DNA from: Octopus vulgaris
Lineage: Eukaryota
Length of the DNA stretch: 64,000 nucleotides
Assembly (NCBI GenBank): GCA_951406725.2
Contig: OX597821.1
Location: 79,174,001-79,238,000, forward strand
Direction of reading: 5' to 3'
The notes beneath the pieces are model-generated. The model saw nothing but the letters and a program-made list of their open reading frames with translations. It was not told where the DNA came from and did not search any database. Both the position numbers and the translations under genes were made by a program. Positions 1 through 13,787 of the stretch are shown here, piece by piece. Positions within the stretch are counted from its first letter, which is position 1. Each line of letters starts with the position of its first letter.

Positions 1-99
1 AGTGGTGGAGCATAATGGTGGTGGTACAGCTGATAAAGGACGTTGTGTTGGTAATACAGATGAATAGGATGATGAGGGGGAAAAGAATATATATATATA

Positions 100-190
100 T
101 CACGTCACGTGACCCACCAGGCTATCAGATGTTGTTACACATCTCTGGTCACAATGCGTTTCGCATTGTTGTAGCCTTCAAATGACACCA
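100..190 (-). repeat. Short interspersed repeat fragment
   Basis: Reverse-complement homologue of 38451-38565; both abut (TA)n. Confidence 0.6.
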
Positions 191-690
191 TCTATATACG
201 CACATGTACAAGAAAAAAACAGGACTAAAGGTGAGTAATGCGAGTATGTGCGTACATAGACGTGTGTCTGAACCTTTTAGGTGCGCACGTGTATGTGTGG
301 GATTGTATGTATATATATATATATAGTTTTTTTGTCGAATGGTGTGGGTGAGAATGTATTTCAAATGAGGGTGGATGAGTGTATACTTATAGGCGCATGT
401 ACGTTGGTGTGCGGGCGCGCAGGTGTAGGTATGGACATGTGCGCTTACGCGAATACTATAAATATCTTACCCACTTACTTTTAGTCCCTCCCCTCAGCGG
501 TCATTCAAATAGCCCTTTTGTCTTAATAACGGTCAGTCAAACAGTAATTTCCCTTTGTTTCACGGTCATTTTCATAGCATTTTCCGATGGACCGACAAAT
601 GAAGAGATAGCGGCGTGGATTTCCACCCCACCTTCCGAAACTCGGAGTTTTATCATGGCTACCGAATAATTGTCACATATTACATTTACA

Positions 691-768
<78 letters not shown>

Positions 769-899
769 TGTATGTATGTGTGTGTGTGTGCGCGCGTATA
801 TATATTATATATTGATAGAAATGGTAAGGCAACAAATGAATGAAAGAGATATTTTGTAAATAGAGGAATTTATATGTAAATGTAATATGCGACAATTAC

Positions 900-1230
900 T
901 ACTTTTTTCAGTCATTTCACTACCGTCATACTGGAGCACTGTCTTTAATCGAGGAAATTGATCGCAGAACTTATTTTTTGTAAGCCTAGAATTTATTCTA
1001 TCAGTTGCTTTTGTCGCACCTCTATCTTACGTGTCGTAATCACTCCAGCATCTGTTGTGAAGCGATGTTTTGGGGAACAAGGCACACTCTTTCAATTTCC
1101 GACGACCAAATCCAATTACAAGGCTTTTGTTTGACCGAGGCTACTGTAGAAGACATTTGCCAATGGTGCCACGGAATTTGACTGAATCCGGAACCACGTG
1201 GGCGGTGAGCAAGCTACTTACCACATAGCC
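900..1230 (-). mobile_element. Decayed tRNA-derived SINE
   Basis: Reverse-complement homologue of the SINEs at 40333 and 47378. Confidence 0.75.
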
Positions 1231-1638
1231 AAATTTTAGGAATGAATAAGGTGGTTTTTTTTAGATTTATCTTTCATGGACAACTTATAAAAATAGGCCG
1301 ATTACGATACGAATAATTGATTTTTTGGGGCTATTTTCTGAAGATAGTCTCTAAATCGTCTCTTCACTAGAAAAACCACAAAAATACACGCGCCTCTATT
1401 TACGGAACATGCTAACGGAAATTAGAAACAAAATAGATAGCCTTAGATTAGCTGATATCTGGTTCTGCCCCATGGAAGAGAATGCATACAGGAAATAAAA
1501 GAGATATTTATGCATACCTACTGGAAAGCAAACGCATGGGCATTTTTGGGATTTTTAAAATGGTGAGACGATATATCAAGGAAACTTTTTCTATGACTTT
1601 AATTGTAACTATCATTTATATATGTATATGCATACATT

Positions 1639-1696
<58 letters not shown>

Positions 1697-1798
1697 CATA
1701 TATATATACCACTCATAGTCACACATTTACAGACGTTCATTAGTGAGAATATTGAGGGAGATGCGATACAAAATGGGAATACTTTCGATAGTTACTAA

Positions 1799-2891
1799 TG
1801 TTACGCCACCGCGCAAGCCCTAGGCCTTCCGATGCCACCACATGGCCCTCACGCCGGGAACAGCCCGGTTGCGACGGCGCTCAGTAAACCGAAAATCCAC
1901 TACGGGAACGGGGAAAGGCGGCGAACGTAACCAGGAACCAACACAACAAAAAAGAGATACACAGCGTAATTCAAACAATTTTTTTTTGCCAAACCAAAAG
2001 CATTAAAAACAAACGTTGACAACATAATACAAAGTTCGGAGAACAAATCATTTGCATTTAAACATAATACAGAGTTCGAAAAACAAATCATGTAACCTTT
2101 GACACAATACAGTTCGAAAAACAAATGATTTTACATTTAACACAGGGTTCATAATCAACAGTCTCTTAGAGCTCCACTTTCCTCTTACTTTACCACGACA
2201 GTTCTCAAAAAGTTCCTTCTCATTTCCAAGTTCTTTTTCCTTCCTTTTCTTTTCTTATAAATAACAGCCAACTACACGCTCTTTTTTCTTTTCAACGGTT
2301 ACGTCAGAGCCTCCCTCTTTTTCCATTCAACAGCACATCGTCTCTCCTCTTATTTTTTTCCATTTTTTACATTTAAACATCGAAATTCAAAATACAAATA
2401 AAAACATTACCGCATGTTCCACGCCTACAAAACTCTCTGAACATCACAACCCCCACTATAGTAATCCAGCTTCTTTACGTGTCTCTCTTTGCGCCTTCCC
2501 TCTCATCTTCCTTACTACCTCGCGTCCTGTCATCTCTCACACTCACTGTCTGTCTCTCTCTAGACCCTGACTGTCATCCTCTTGGCTGCCTCTCACCGAC
2601 TCAAACTTTTACTTAATGCAAGCCGTATTTATAACGGCCAGCAGCTAGAAGAAGAGAGATATCGATGACAGCAGTGTGTCGATCCCCTCCCAACATTTTT
2701 ATTTTTTAAAACCTTTCCGTGACCGTGTGGGCACCATAGATCACTGCCTGGGGCTATTAATAATCGTGCCCTTTGACAGGACAAAGGAAATACCATTGTC
2801 CTGAACGACTGGAGCGCCGGTTCAATTCCAACTAATAGAACAAGGGGCATAATGTTTTTTTGTTCGTTTACTTTTCCTTGCGTCCGTAACA
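1799..2891 (-). mobile_element. Solo LTR
   Basis: Inverted termini TGTTACG...CGTAACA; interrupts intron sequence that is contiguous at about 6520-6560; homologous to 61504-62423; TATA-like motif on the minus strand near 2630. Confidence 0.7.
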
Positions 2892-2939
2892 GCAATATAT
2901 TGTCAATGAAGTGTTATCAAAAAGACTTATCCAACTTAC

Positions 2940-3011
2940 AGAAAACGTAACCTGGGCAAATCATCGAAGGTTCCTACTAGAATTTTATCGATATTATTTT
3001 CCTTCAAATAT
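2940..3011 (-). CDS. LRR exon, class A variant: YLKENNIDKILVGTFDDLPRLRF(L)
   Basis: 72 nt, cag/GTAAGT; same peptide ends ORF 2936..3166. Confidence 0.92.
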
Positions 3012-4099
3012 CTGTAACAGAAAATGATAGTTGATGTGATTACGTAGAGAAGAGTATCATTGTAAAGTATTATCATCAGCGAAATGATTTTGAAATTGAA
3101 TTTTAGATTATTAGAAAACGTATAGAAATGTTTTCTGATTAAATGTAAAATATTATTGTTAAACAATTACTTGTTTGAGGAGAAGAGAAGTAGATGAGAA
3201 AGGAGATGATGTTAAAGTTAGTGATGATGAAACGATGAGATTAGCGATCAAAGAAAAGGAAATATTGCAAAAAATGAAGCGAAAGTTGAAACGTCGGGCT
3301 GAAAAATAATTGAAAATTGTAAGGAGATGGTGAAGAAAGAAGGTAAAAAAAAGAGTACGGATAACCAGAATATTATGAATAAGATTAAAATGATAAGCAG
3401 CAGTAAAAATCTAGTCGAATTAAAAAACGTGAAAAAGGTGCATAAAAGTAGGCAAATAATAGAAGAAGAAGAAGAAGAAGAAGAAGAAGAAGAAGAAGAA
3501 GAAGAAGAAGAAGAAGAAGAAGAAGAAGATGATGATGATGGTAATCAGTGGTGATGGAATTGTAAACACCTTACATGATATGCACGTTGAATTACACATA
3601 TATGTTGATAAACGCGCATGAAGAGAGGGGATGATTATGGTAATCAGTGGTAATAGAGACGTAAACACTCGCCGAATTACACATACATACACACATTTTG
3701 ATAACCTCGTATACACTCAACATAAACATACACACAGACATACATATATCCATAAACATGTTTCCCTTAATTACTACACACTCATGAATTTGAAATCTCA
3801 TAACTATGCTCGCACTCATATTCACAAACATTCGCAAACAATAGCATACACTTGGACGGACACTGGTTGTGAACAAACACAGCGACATATACATGCATTC
3901 ACTAAACTGTTACTCGCAAGTACCACGCTGTCATTATGTACCATATCTCAGAAATGGGCCCACAATCACAGATTTATAAACATGAAAACACATATATCAA
4001 AAAACGTGTGAGGGTGATTAAATGAAGTATTGGAAGAAATTTCAGATTTAGAAATATATCGTCAATGACATACTAAAAAAGAACACAATTTCAACTTAC

Positions 4100-4171
4100 A
4101 GATTTGTTAAACGGAACATATTTCGGAAGGTGTCTGTTTTGATTTCGTTGATATCATTAGAACTCAAGTCT
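4100..4171 (-). CDS. LRR exon, B/C-like: DLSSNDINEIKTDTFRNMFRLTN(L)
   Basis: 72 nt, cag/GTAAGT, no stop. Confidence 0.92.
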
Positions 4172-4589
4172 CTGGGAAATAAAATTGAGTACAGAAGGAA
4201 TTGTGAGAATATTTTGGGCAAATAATTAGATGTCAGAAGTGATGTAAAGTAGAACACGATGGTGGTTAGTTTCATGATGATGATGATGATGATAATCAGG
4301 AGGAGAAGGAGGAGGAGGAGGATGATAAAGAAGAAGAAACGATGAATAAGATGGTGCTAGCGGAAATTAAAAGCAAAATAAATATCCATGGATTAGCTAA
4401 TTTCTGATTCTGACCCACGGCCTTACCTCATCAGCAGATCATACATACAAAAAATAAATGAGATATTTATATATGCCTAAATGAAATCTATTGCACGTAT
4501 ATTTTTGGATTTTTAAAGTGGTGGGTCTATCTTCAGCATATAACAAGAAAACATTTTCTATGAGCTTATTTATGATTATCATTTATATG

Positions 4590-4624
<35 letters not shown>

Positions 4625-4976
4625 ATTTTGTCTGGAGAGAGTCATTTTTATCTTTTCCTAAAATTTTCGTTGCGTGTTGTAACCTTTTCAATAGTTAGAG
4701 TCAAAACTATTGAAAAAGTTGCAACACGCAACGAACATTTTAGGAAAATAAAAATAAGAAGTAAGGGGAAATTTTACCGGTGAGTGTGTTAAATAATAAG
4801 GCACAAGAAAATGACTCTCCCCAGACACAACAGAATATTCTTCAACACACGAACTCATATAAAGAATCTTGCAAACTAAATCCAAAGACGAAATCTATCT
4901 ATCTATCTATCTATCTATCTATATATATATATATATATATATGGCGTGTGATTGAGTGGATTTCATCCAGATAGTC

Positions 4977-5052
4977 TTGGCTGAAGAGCTACAAATGGAT
5001 TATTGTAAGTAATATTACATTTAATTCATTAATAGCGAAACAATTGTCCCAA
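4977..5052 (+). ncRNA. Type I hammerhead ribozyme, copy 1
   Basis: ttgg-CTGAAGA-gcta...tagc-GAAA-caattg-TC-ccaa: stem I ttgg/ccaa, extended stem II, palindromic stem III, GUC site at 5046-5048. Confidence 0.8.
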
Positions 5053-5506
5053 AATAATCTGTATTTTTGTTATTTTTTATTTGCCCTGTCCGTGTGAGCT
5101 AACAGTCGTACTGGCTTTCATGGGAAACATGTATTTTCGTGGTTGAAACCTTTTGGATTAACTGGTGCTAGAGTGATCAATATAGTGACCACTCTCTTAT
5201 ATTTATTTTGTGAAAATATAATATGTTATAAAATATTATAATAACCCAGGTTTCTCGTAGCACTAGGCCACTTGGTGTGGAATAAATATACTATTAAATT
5301 AGTATCTAATTCTCTCACCCTTATTAATTAATTATAATTATGCTGCATTTATTTCTAAATGCTGTATTTGTTTTCCGTGTGAGTTTGGCGCGCTGTTGGT
5401 TGGGGCATTTGAATTATAACGTCCGATGTAATCAATTGAACCGCACGCGTATTTATCGTTATGGTAAAATCTGGCGTGTGATTGAGTGGATTTCATCCAG
5501 ATAGTC

Positions 5507-5582
5507 TTGGCTGAAGAGCTACAAATGGATTATTGTAAGTAATATTACATTTAATTCATTAATAGCGAAACAATTGTCCCAA
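5507..5582 (+). ncRNA. Type I hammerhead ribozyme, copy 2
   Basis: Same motif as 4977-5052. Confidence 0.8.
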
Positions 5583-6039
5583 AATAATCTGTATTTTTGT
5601 TATTTTTTATTTGCCCTGTCCGTGTGAGCTAACAGTCGTACTGGCTTTCATGGGAAACATGTATTTTCGTGGTTGAAACCTTTTGGATTAACTGGTGCTA
5701 GAGTGATCAATATAGTGACCACTCTCTTATATTTATTTTGTGAAAATATTATAATATGTTATAAAATATTATAATAATCCAGGTTTCTCGTAGCACTAGG
5801 CCACTTGGTGTGGAATAAATATACTATTAAATTAGTATCTAATTCTCTCACCCTTATTAATTAATTATAATTATGCTGCATTTATTTCTAAATGCTGTAT
5901 TTGTTTTCCGTGTGAGTTTGGCGCGCTGTTGGTTGGGGCATTTGAATTATAACGTCCGATGTAATCAATTGAACCGCACGCGTATTTATCGTTATGGTAA
6001 AATCTGGCGTGTGATTGAGTGGATTTCATCCAGATAGTC

Positions 6040-6115
6040 TTGGCTGAAGAGCTACAAATGGATTATTGTAAGTAATATTACATTTAATTCATTAATAGCG
6101 AAACAATTGTCCCAA
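6040..6115 (+). ncRNA. Type I hammerhead ribozyme, copy 3
   Basis: Same motif as 4977-5052. Confidence 0.8.
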
Positions 6116-6592
6116 AATAATCTGTATTTTTGTTATTTTTTATTTGCCCTGTCCGTGTGAGCTAACAGTCGTACTGGCTTTCATGGGAAACATGTATTTT
6201 CGTGGTTGAAACCTTTTGGATTAACTGGTGCTAGAGTGATCAATATAGTGACCACTCTCTTATATTTATTTTGTGAAAATATTATAATATGTTATAAAAT
6301 ATTATAATAATCCAGGTTTCTCGTAGCACTAGGCCACTTGGTGTGGAATAAATATACTATTAAATTAGTATCTAATTCTCTCACCCTTATTAATTAATTA
6401 TATATATATATATATATATATACTACTCATAGACATACATACTTACACACATACACATGCAATCTCACATTTCTATCGAAAAAGAGTGAAAATATTGAGG
6501 GAGGCATATAGAGGGTGCGATATAAAATGGGAATACTTTAGATAGTAATATGTTGTCATTGAAATATTATCAAGTAGACGTATTCAACTTAC

Positions 6593-6664
6593 AGACGTTT
6601 TAACCTGGGTAGATCATCGAAGGTTCCTACTTGAATTGTGCTGATATTATTTTCATTCAAATAT
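6593..6664 (-). CDS. LRR exon, class A variant: YLNENNISTIQVGTFDDLPRLKR(L)
   Basis: 72 nt, cag/GTAAGT, no stop. Confidence 0.92.
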
Positions 6665-7547
6665 CTGTAACAGAAAATGTTAGTTGATGTGATTATGTAG
6701 AGAAGAGTGTCATTGTAAAGTATTATTATCAACGAAATGATTATGAAATAGAATTTTGGGTGATTAGAAAATGTATAGAAGTGTTTTCTGATTAAATATA
6801 AAATATTATTGTTAAATAATTACTTGAGTAGAAGAATTGCCGAGGAGAAAGGTGATGATATTAATATTAAGAATGATGGAATGAAGAGACGTAGGAGAGA
6901 AGTGGTGATGGAGGTGATCGTGGTGGCGAGGGTGAATATAAGGAAGAGACAATGGGAAGGAGGATGGTGGGAGTGTCTTGAAGATATTGTGGTTACTGAT
7001 AGCGGGGATAAAGTTCGATATAACGGTGCTGATGACGATAATTATGTTATTGACGACGACGACGACAATGACGATGGTGATGATGACGATGATGATGATG
7101 TTGATAATGATAATGCATACGTTGATGACAATAAAATGAAGATATTGATGATGAAACGATGAGAATGGCGATAAAAGATAAAATACAAGAAATAATTGTA
7201 AAAAATGACGCGAAAGAAATCTGAAATGTTGGACTGAAAAATAATTGAAGTTTCTGAGGAGATGGTGAAGGACGAAGAGTATAGAAAGAAGGTAAAAAAA
7301 GGAGCAGGACGACCAGAATATGATGAATAAGATTAAAATAAAGAAACAGCATGAAAATCTAGTATAATTGAAAGACGTGAAAGAAAACGAAAATGAAGAA
7401 AATAACAGGCGAATTATAAATAGAAGAACGGTAGAAGAACTTGCAGTAACAGAAGACGAAGAAGAAGACGAAGACGACGAAGAAGAAGAAGAAGAAGAAG
7501 AAGAAGAAGAAGAAGAAGAAGAAGAAGAAGAAGAAGAAGAAGAAGAA

Positions 7548-7583
<36 letters not shown>

Positions 7584-8077
7584 TAGGATAAGAAGAGTCG
7601 ATGATGGTAATCAGTGGTGATGGAGACGAAAACACCGTACTCGCCGGATTATATATGCGTTTTGATAAATTCGCATGCAAACCTCCATACACATACAGAC
7701 AGACATACATATATACATAAACAAGTTTCCACTAAACATATCCCGTCAATTGAAAAACTCTTATAAATCCGAAATCTCATAAATATGCCCTCACTCATAT
7801 TTACAAGCGTTCGCCAACACCACCACATATTTTGGACAGACACTGGTTGTAGACGTACATAGACGCATACACATGCAGTCACTAAATCGTATCCCGCAAG
7901 TAGAATGCTGCCATATGAACCCATATTTAAGAAATGGGCCCACAATCACAGATTTATAAACATGAAAAATATTTCGAAAAACGGTTGAGGGTGCTTAAAA
8001 TGAAGTATTGGAAGACATTACATATTTAGAAATGTATCTTCAATGACATACGAGAAAAGAATAATTATTCAACTTAC

Positions 8078-8149
8078 ACTTCTGTTAAACTGGACAGATA
8101 TTTGAAGGTGTCTGCCTTGATGTCTGTAATATTATTAGAATTCAAAGAT
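8078..8149 (-). CDS. LRR exon, B-like: SLNSNNITDIKADTFKYLSSLTE(V)
   Basis: 72 nt, cag/GTAAGT; same peptide ends ORF 8074..8526. Confidence 0.92.
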
Positions 8150-8749
8150 CTGGAATATAGAATTGAGTTAAGAAGGAATTGTTTAGAACGCACTTGTGAC
8201 AAGATTTTGATTAAACAATTACATGCTTGAAATGAGGTAAAGTAGAACACGACGGGGGATAAGTTTAATGAGGATGATGGTGGCGACGATGATGGCGATG
8301 ATGATGATGATGATGATGATGACGATGATGATGATGATGACGATGATGATGGATGATGATGATGATGGATGATGATAATGAAGATGGATGATGATGATGA
8401 TGATGATGGAGCAGAAGTAGATGAAGAAGAAGAAGAAGAAGAAGAAGAAAAAGAAGAAGAAGAAGAAGAAGAAGAAGAAGAAGAAGAAGAAAAAAAAAAA
8501 TTGAAGATATAGTGGAAAACGAACACAATTAAAGTATATAGAAAATTGATGTAGAAGTAAAAATGACAGCAGTGGAATGAGAAATGGTAAAGAATGATGA
8601 TGATGACGATAATGTCCCTTTATTTACTATGATGATGAAAATGAGGAAATATGTTATTGATATCATTGATGCAGAAATTTATGAACAAAAATATTTAGAA
8701 CAAGAAGATAGGAATAAATGAATAGGAAGATGAAGGGAAGGACGTCGAT

Positions 8750-8780
<31 letters not shown>

Positions 8781-9224
8781 AAGAAGAAGAAGAAGAAGAA
8801 GAAGAAGAAGAAGAAGAAGAAGAAGAAGAAGAAGAAGAAGAAGAAGAAGAAGAAGAAGAAGAAGAAGAAGAAGAAGAAGAAGAAGAAGAAGGAGAAGAAG
8901 AAGAAGAAGAAGAAGAAGAAGAAGAAGAAAGAGAAGGAGAAGAAGAAGAAGAAGAAGAAGAAGAAGAAGAAGGAAAAGAAGCAGAAGGAAGAGGAAGAAG
9001 TATGGGAGTAGAAAAAGGAGGAGGATACGAACAGAAAGAAGGAGATGAAGATTATGATGATGATGGAGATGATCATCTTCCTGGTAATGTTGATAATCTA
9101 AATGTAGCTGGTAATAATTGTTAAGTAAGAAAAGAAGGCATAAGTTGTGTGGTTAGATTTAAAGGTGGAGATGAAGACGAGGAAAGTATCTAAAAAACGT
9201 ATAAATGACATTTAAGTAGTTGTT

Positions 9225-9480
9225 GTCTAAAGAGAAATAATGGAAGCACTCCGTCGGTTGCGACGACGAGGGTTCCGGTTGATCCGATCAACGGAACAGC
9301 CTGCTCGTGAAATTAACGTGTAAGTGGCTGAGCACTCCACAGACATGTGTACCCTTAACGTAGTTCTCGGGGATATTCAGCGTGACACAGTGTGACAAGG
9401 CCGGCCCTTTGAAATACAGGTACAACAGAGTGTAAGTAAGAGTGAGAGAAAGTTGTGGTGAAAGAGTAGAGTGGTGAAAG
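9225..9480. mobile_element. Probable SINE-like interspersed repeat
   Basis: GC-richer block interrupting intron sequence that is contiguous in paralogous introns; family not determined. Confidence 0.45.
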
Positions 9481-10711
9481 AGAAATAATATATGGAGGTG
9501 GAGATCTCGAGGAAAGAGAAAAAGATAATGAAATCGTATGAAATTGCAGAAACGGTTTAACATGAATAAAGTATAATTAGAAGGGAGAGTCATGGTTAAT
9601 AGTTATGATGGTGCTGTTAGTGATCCACAGTCAGACACATTCCCAAAGAATCCTATAGCCAAAAGACAATAACAGATATTTGGGGAGAGATTAAAAGACA
9701 GAAGGTAAATGTATGGAAATAAATTGGTAAATCTCATAAAAAATCAGATCGAATAGAAAAACAAGGGAACGAGAAATATGAGAAGAAAAATAGAAGCCGT
9801 AAAAGAAGTAGAAAACGGAAAAGAAGAAGAAGAAGAAGAAGAAGAAGAAGAAGAAGAAGAAGAAGAAGAAGAAGAAGAAGAAGAAGAAGAAGAAGAAGAA
9901 GAAGAAGAAGAAGAAGAAGAAGAAGAAGAAGATATTGAGGGCCATGATAATAATGATGATCGTGATCATGGTGGTGATGATGATGATATAAATGTTACTG
10001 AGTTCATGGCGATATAAGAAAAGAAGGCATAAAATATATGATTAGATTTAAAAATGGAGATGAAGACGAAGATGTCAAGTAAGATACAGATAGATAATAT
10101 ATATAGTTGAAGACTGAAGGGAAATATAATTTGCAGATGGAAATTTGGAAGAAGAAAGAAATGATCTCGTGATTTTAGATGAAGATAAATATGAAAGATA
10201 TAATCCAAAATTCAATTGAAAATGAGAGCCATGTTTGATAATTATCGATTATATTTATATTCACACACAAACACAGACACACAGACAAACAGGCACCTAC
10301 CCCCAGTCACATACACAAACAAAAATACAAGAAAATGTGTGTGTGTGTGTGTGTGTGTGTGTGTTGACATAGAAAGAGAGAGATGGAGAGGTAGATGTGA
10401 GAGAGCTACGCAAATTTAGGGTCAAATTATGAACTCCCAAACACACTCAATCCAAGTGCATTTCCAGTGATCCACATTGAGACACATTCACAAACACACC
10501 AATGACCAGAGGAGAATAAGAGGGATTTGGGTAGATATTTAGAGACAGAAGCCAAGGAGTATGGAAATAGAATTGGTAAAGCTTATAAGAAAAGCGAATC
10601 AACTACCAAAAGAAGGTCAATGAGATGTAAGGGAAGAATAAAAGAAGAAAAAGAAGAAGAAGATGCATAGTATATTATAATATAAATAAATTATTGGATT
10701 GTCAACTGTAT

Positions 10712-11103
10712 CTAGCAGTATCGCCCGGCGTTGCTCGGGTTTGTTTCGATCCTTTAGAATTGGAATTTTTGAAAAGTAAAAATTGTGTATAATGTAGCTT
10801 GTTATTCTCTTTAAGTGAACATTTTTCTGGTTGAAATACACCGGGAAATGGCGACACAGCAGTCAAATAATCGTAAAAAATAGGGATTTTTATAGAAAAA
10901 TAAAGCACATTTTTTATGTAAATAATTTTTGATATTAGCATGGTCTGATTTCAATTTTTTCTTCTACGGAAGGAAGAACAAGCCTTCTTCTATCAGACTC
11001 TCAATTTCGGTCAACTTGCGCCGCAGGGTCTCGGAGGAGATATTGTTAGTTGAAGGCTACCAAACTTGCCATACACAGATAACTTCATCTTTATATAGAG
11101 AGA
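10712..11103 (-). mobile_element. Non-autonomous Helitron-like element
   Basis: Minus strand starts TCTCTCTATATAAAG and ends with hairpin CCCGAGCAACGCCGGG then CTAG; same 3' motif at 35761-35789. Confidence 0.6.
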
Positions 11104-11107
11104 TTTA

Positions 11108-11238
11108 TAATTGTTAAAGAGGACCAGAAACGCTAAGGCAAGACAAACGTCTCAAGTCATATTTTTCCAATTAATAATAATGTATTTGACTTGAGATGTT
11201 TGTCTTGCCTTAGCATTTATTGTCCTCTTTAACAATTA
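11108..11238. repeat. Inverted repeat, ~50-bp arms
   Basis: taattgttaaagaggac...ctcaagtca versus tgacttgag...gtcctctttaacaatta. Confidence 0.85.
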
Positions 11239-11913
11239 GACGTATATATAGATTTCTCAACGGAGATTTCAGGGGAGAGTTTCAAGGAGTCGCTGGCGAT
11301 GTATCGTGATGATCAAGATTCCGGCCTGCTAAAATTTGGTTCAAGTGATTCAAACTGCAGACTCAACGCAAAATGGTCACATTTAATTCAAAGCGTTAAA
11401 AATGTTATGAAAACAATATGTATGTGTTCACAAAGTCCAAACGATTAATACGAAAAAGCCCTCCAGGCTACATCCCGAAAATTCATTTCTTGGCCGAATT
11501 TCTACAATGTTTACGGCGATTCGTTTTTATATCTTGATTTTTTTTTTCATGCAATTTACGCATGCTTGCTCACGTGGTGAACACAGTTCACGTCAAACAG
11601 CTGACTGAGTAAAGTTCACTATTCAATGCATGGGATAAGGCCTAAACAAACACATTGTCGATTTTTGCACTTGCGAGATGAATTTCGGAACAGAAATAGC
11701 GCAGTTCAATTTTCATTCGCCTAAACTTTAAGTGACCCATTTTTGGTGGTTCTACGATTTGTTGGCTAGGAGATGTGCCGGGAAGTTAAACACACAGACA
11801 CACACACAGATACACACACAGATACACACACAGACACACAAGTTGAGTTTTATATATATATATATTTCTTTCTGTAGTTTTAGCTCAGAGCTGCGGCCAT
11901 GATGATGCACCAC

Positions 11914-11964
<51 letters not shown>

Positions 11965-12303
11965 TATTCATTAACCGGTGTGCACTATTTTCCTCTGAAT
12001 TGCCACACTTTCATATATTCCGAATTTGAGGTTTGGGACCTAACTCACATTCACACTTTAACAACGATTAGTACACACTTTGGACAGAGGCAAATTTTAC
12101 AGAAACAGAGAGACATGCTATCACGCTCTCATACAACCCATATCTGAAAAATGGGTTTACACTCACACTTTTAACAATTATAAACAATGAAACACACCTT
12201 TTGACAGACGGGTAAGGGAGCTAGAAATGAAGGATGGGAAGACGTGACATATTTAGAAATATATCGTCAACGAAATAATGCAAAAAAGAATGATTCAACT
12301 TAC

Positions 12304-12375
12304 AAATATTTTAAACTGGACAGATTTCGGAAGGTGTCTGCTGTGATTGCCTGGATATCATTTGAAGCCAAGGAT
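12304..12375 (-). CDS. LRR exon, B/C-like: SLASNDIQAITADTFRNLSSLKY(L)
   Basis: 72 nt, tag/GTAAGT, no stop; acceptor tract shortened relative to paralogues. Confidence 0.88.
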
Positions 12376-13640
12376 CTAAAATTTTGTTAAGAAGGAATTG
12401 TATAGAACATATTTATGACAGAATTTTGACTAAAATATTAGATGATGGTGGGGTGGAAAGTAGATCTCAATGATGAATGAGTCCATCAAAACAATGGCGA
12501 CGATGTTGATGATGTTAATAATTATGAAGAGGAGAAAGGGGATGAGTAGAAGAGAGAGGGGGGAGAAATAAGAGGGGGAGGAGAAGAAAGAGGAGGAGGA
12601 GAAGAAAGATGGATAATGGTAGCGGCAAGAGTTATGGTAGTGTACGTGGTGGTAGTAGTGATGCATATGATGATAAGGCGAAAGAGAAGAATCTATGGTG
12701 TATAGACTTTATAATGCTAATGATGGAGGTGGTGATTTCCGTGTTGATTATTCTGATAATGACGGAGCTAAGCATGTCTATGATGATGCTGAATATGATT
12801 TTGATTATGTTGATGCTGATGAGAATGTTACTGCTGGCGATAATGATGATAGTTTTGAAGATTCTGCAACTGATGGCAGTATTTTATGGTAATGAATGAT
12901 GTTGATAATGAAGAGGACAATGACAAACGTGAGGATAGTTAAGAATGAGAAAGATAATAAGGAAAGGGAGAACGACGACGGTGATGAGAACAGAGCGGAG
13001 GAGGAAGTGTACACTTTTCTCAGCAGATTTGGTTGCGATTTACAGGTTTTACACGAGTAGAGAATCTAGGAATTGATAGAGAAAAGAGAAAGTATGATGA
13101 AAATATGAAACGTGTCAGAGGAGAGAAGGAGAAAAACTATAATATAATAAAGTGGAAGTAGAGGAAGAAGAAAAGAAGAAGAGAAAGACGAAGACGGTGA
13201 TGATGATAATGAAGAAGAAGAAGAAGAAGAAGAAGAAGAAGAAGAAGAAGAAGAAGAAGAAGAAGAAGAAGAAGAAGAAGAAGAAGAAGAAGAAGAAGGA
13301 GAAAATCAAGAATAGGAAGGAGAAAAAGAAGAAAGTGACGATGATGATGACGGGGTACATAATGTTCTTTTTTTTTTAACTAGATGATGATGATGCCAAT
13401 GATGATGGAATTGAGGATAGATGATGTTGAAATTAGTGTTGGAGTAATTTATAAACGAAAATACTTAGAAGAACAAGAAGGAGAAAAGAAAGAACGAAAG
13501 TGAGATAAAAAAAAACTAAGATACGTGTTTATTGTATGATGACGACAAAGAAGAAAGATCCTCGAAACGTGGAAGGCCTAATATTTGTTGTACAAGTAGT
13601 GGTGGTGGTGGTGGTGGCGGTGGCGGAGGTGGTGGTGGTA

Positions 13641-13691
<51 letters not shown>

Positions 13692-13787
13692 AAGGAAGAC
13701 TCGCGGCAACAGATAAGAACTAGCAGTTTTGGGTGAAATAGGAAATGTCATACCGAAATAGTATAAAAAAATAATGATTTAACTTAC

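Larger units (their letters stand above)
4942..6400 (+). repeat. ~530-bp tandem repeat, ~2.7 near-identical units, one hammerhead per unit (retrozyme or Penelope pseudo-LTR-like)
   Basis: Unit starts at 4942, 5472 and 6005; flanked by (TA)n. Confidence 0.9.

Noticed and set aside
1283-1370. Possible further exon (caacttat...ctag)
   Set aside because: Donor lacks GT, length is not 72 nt, early stop in the expected phase and no LRR pattern
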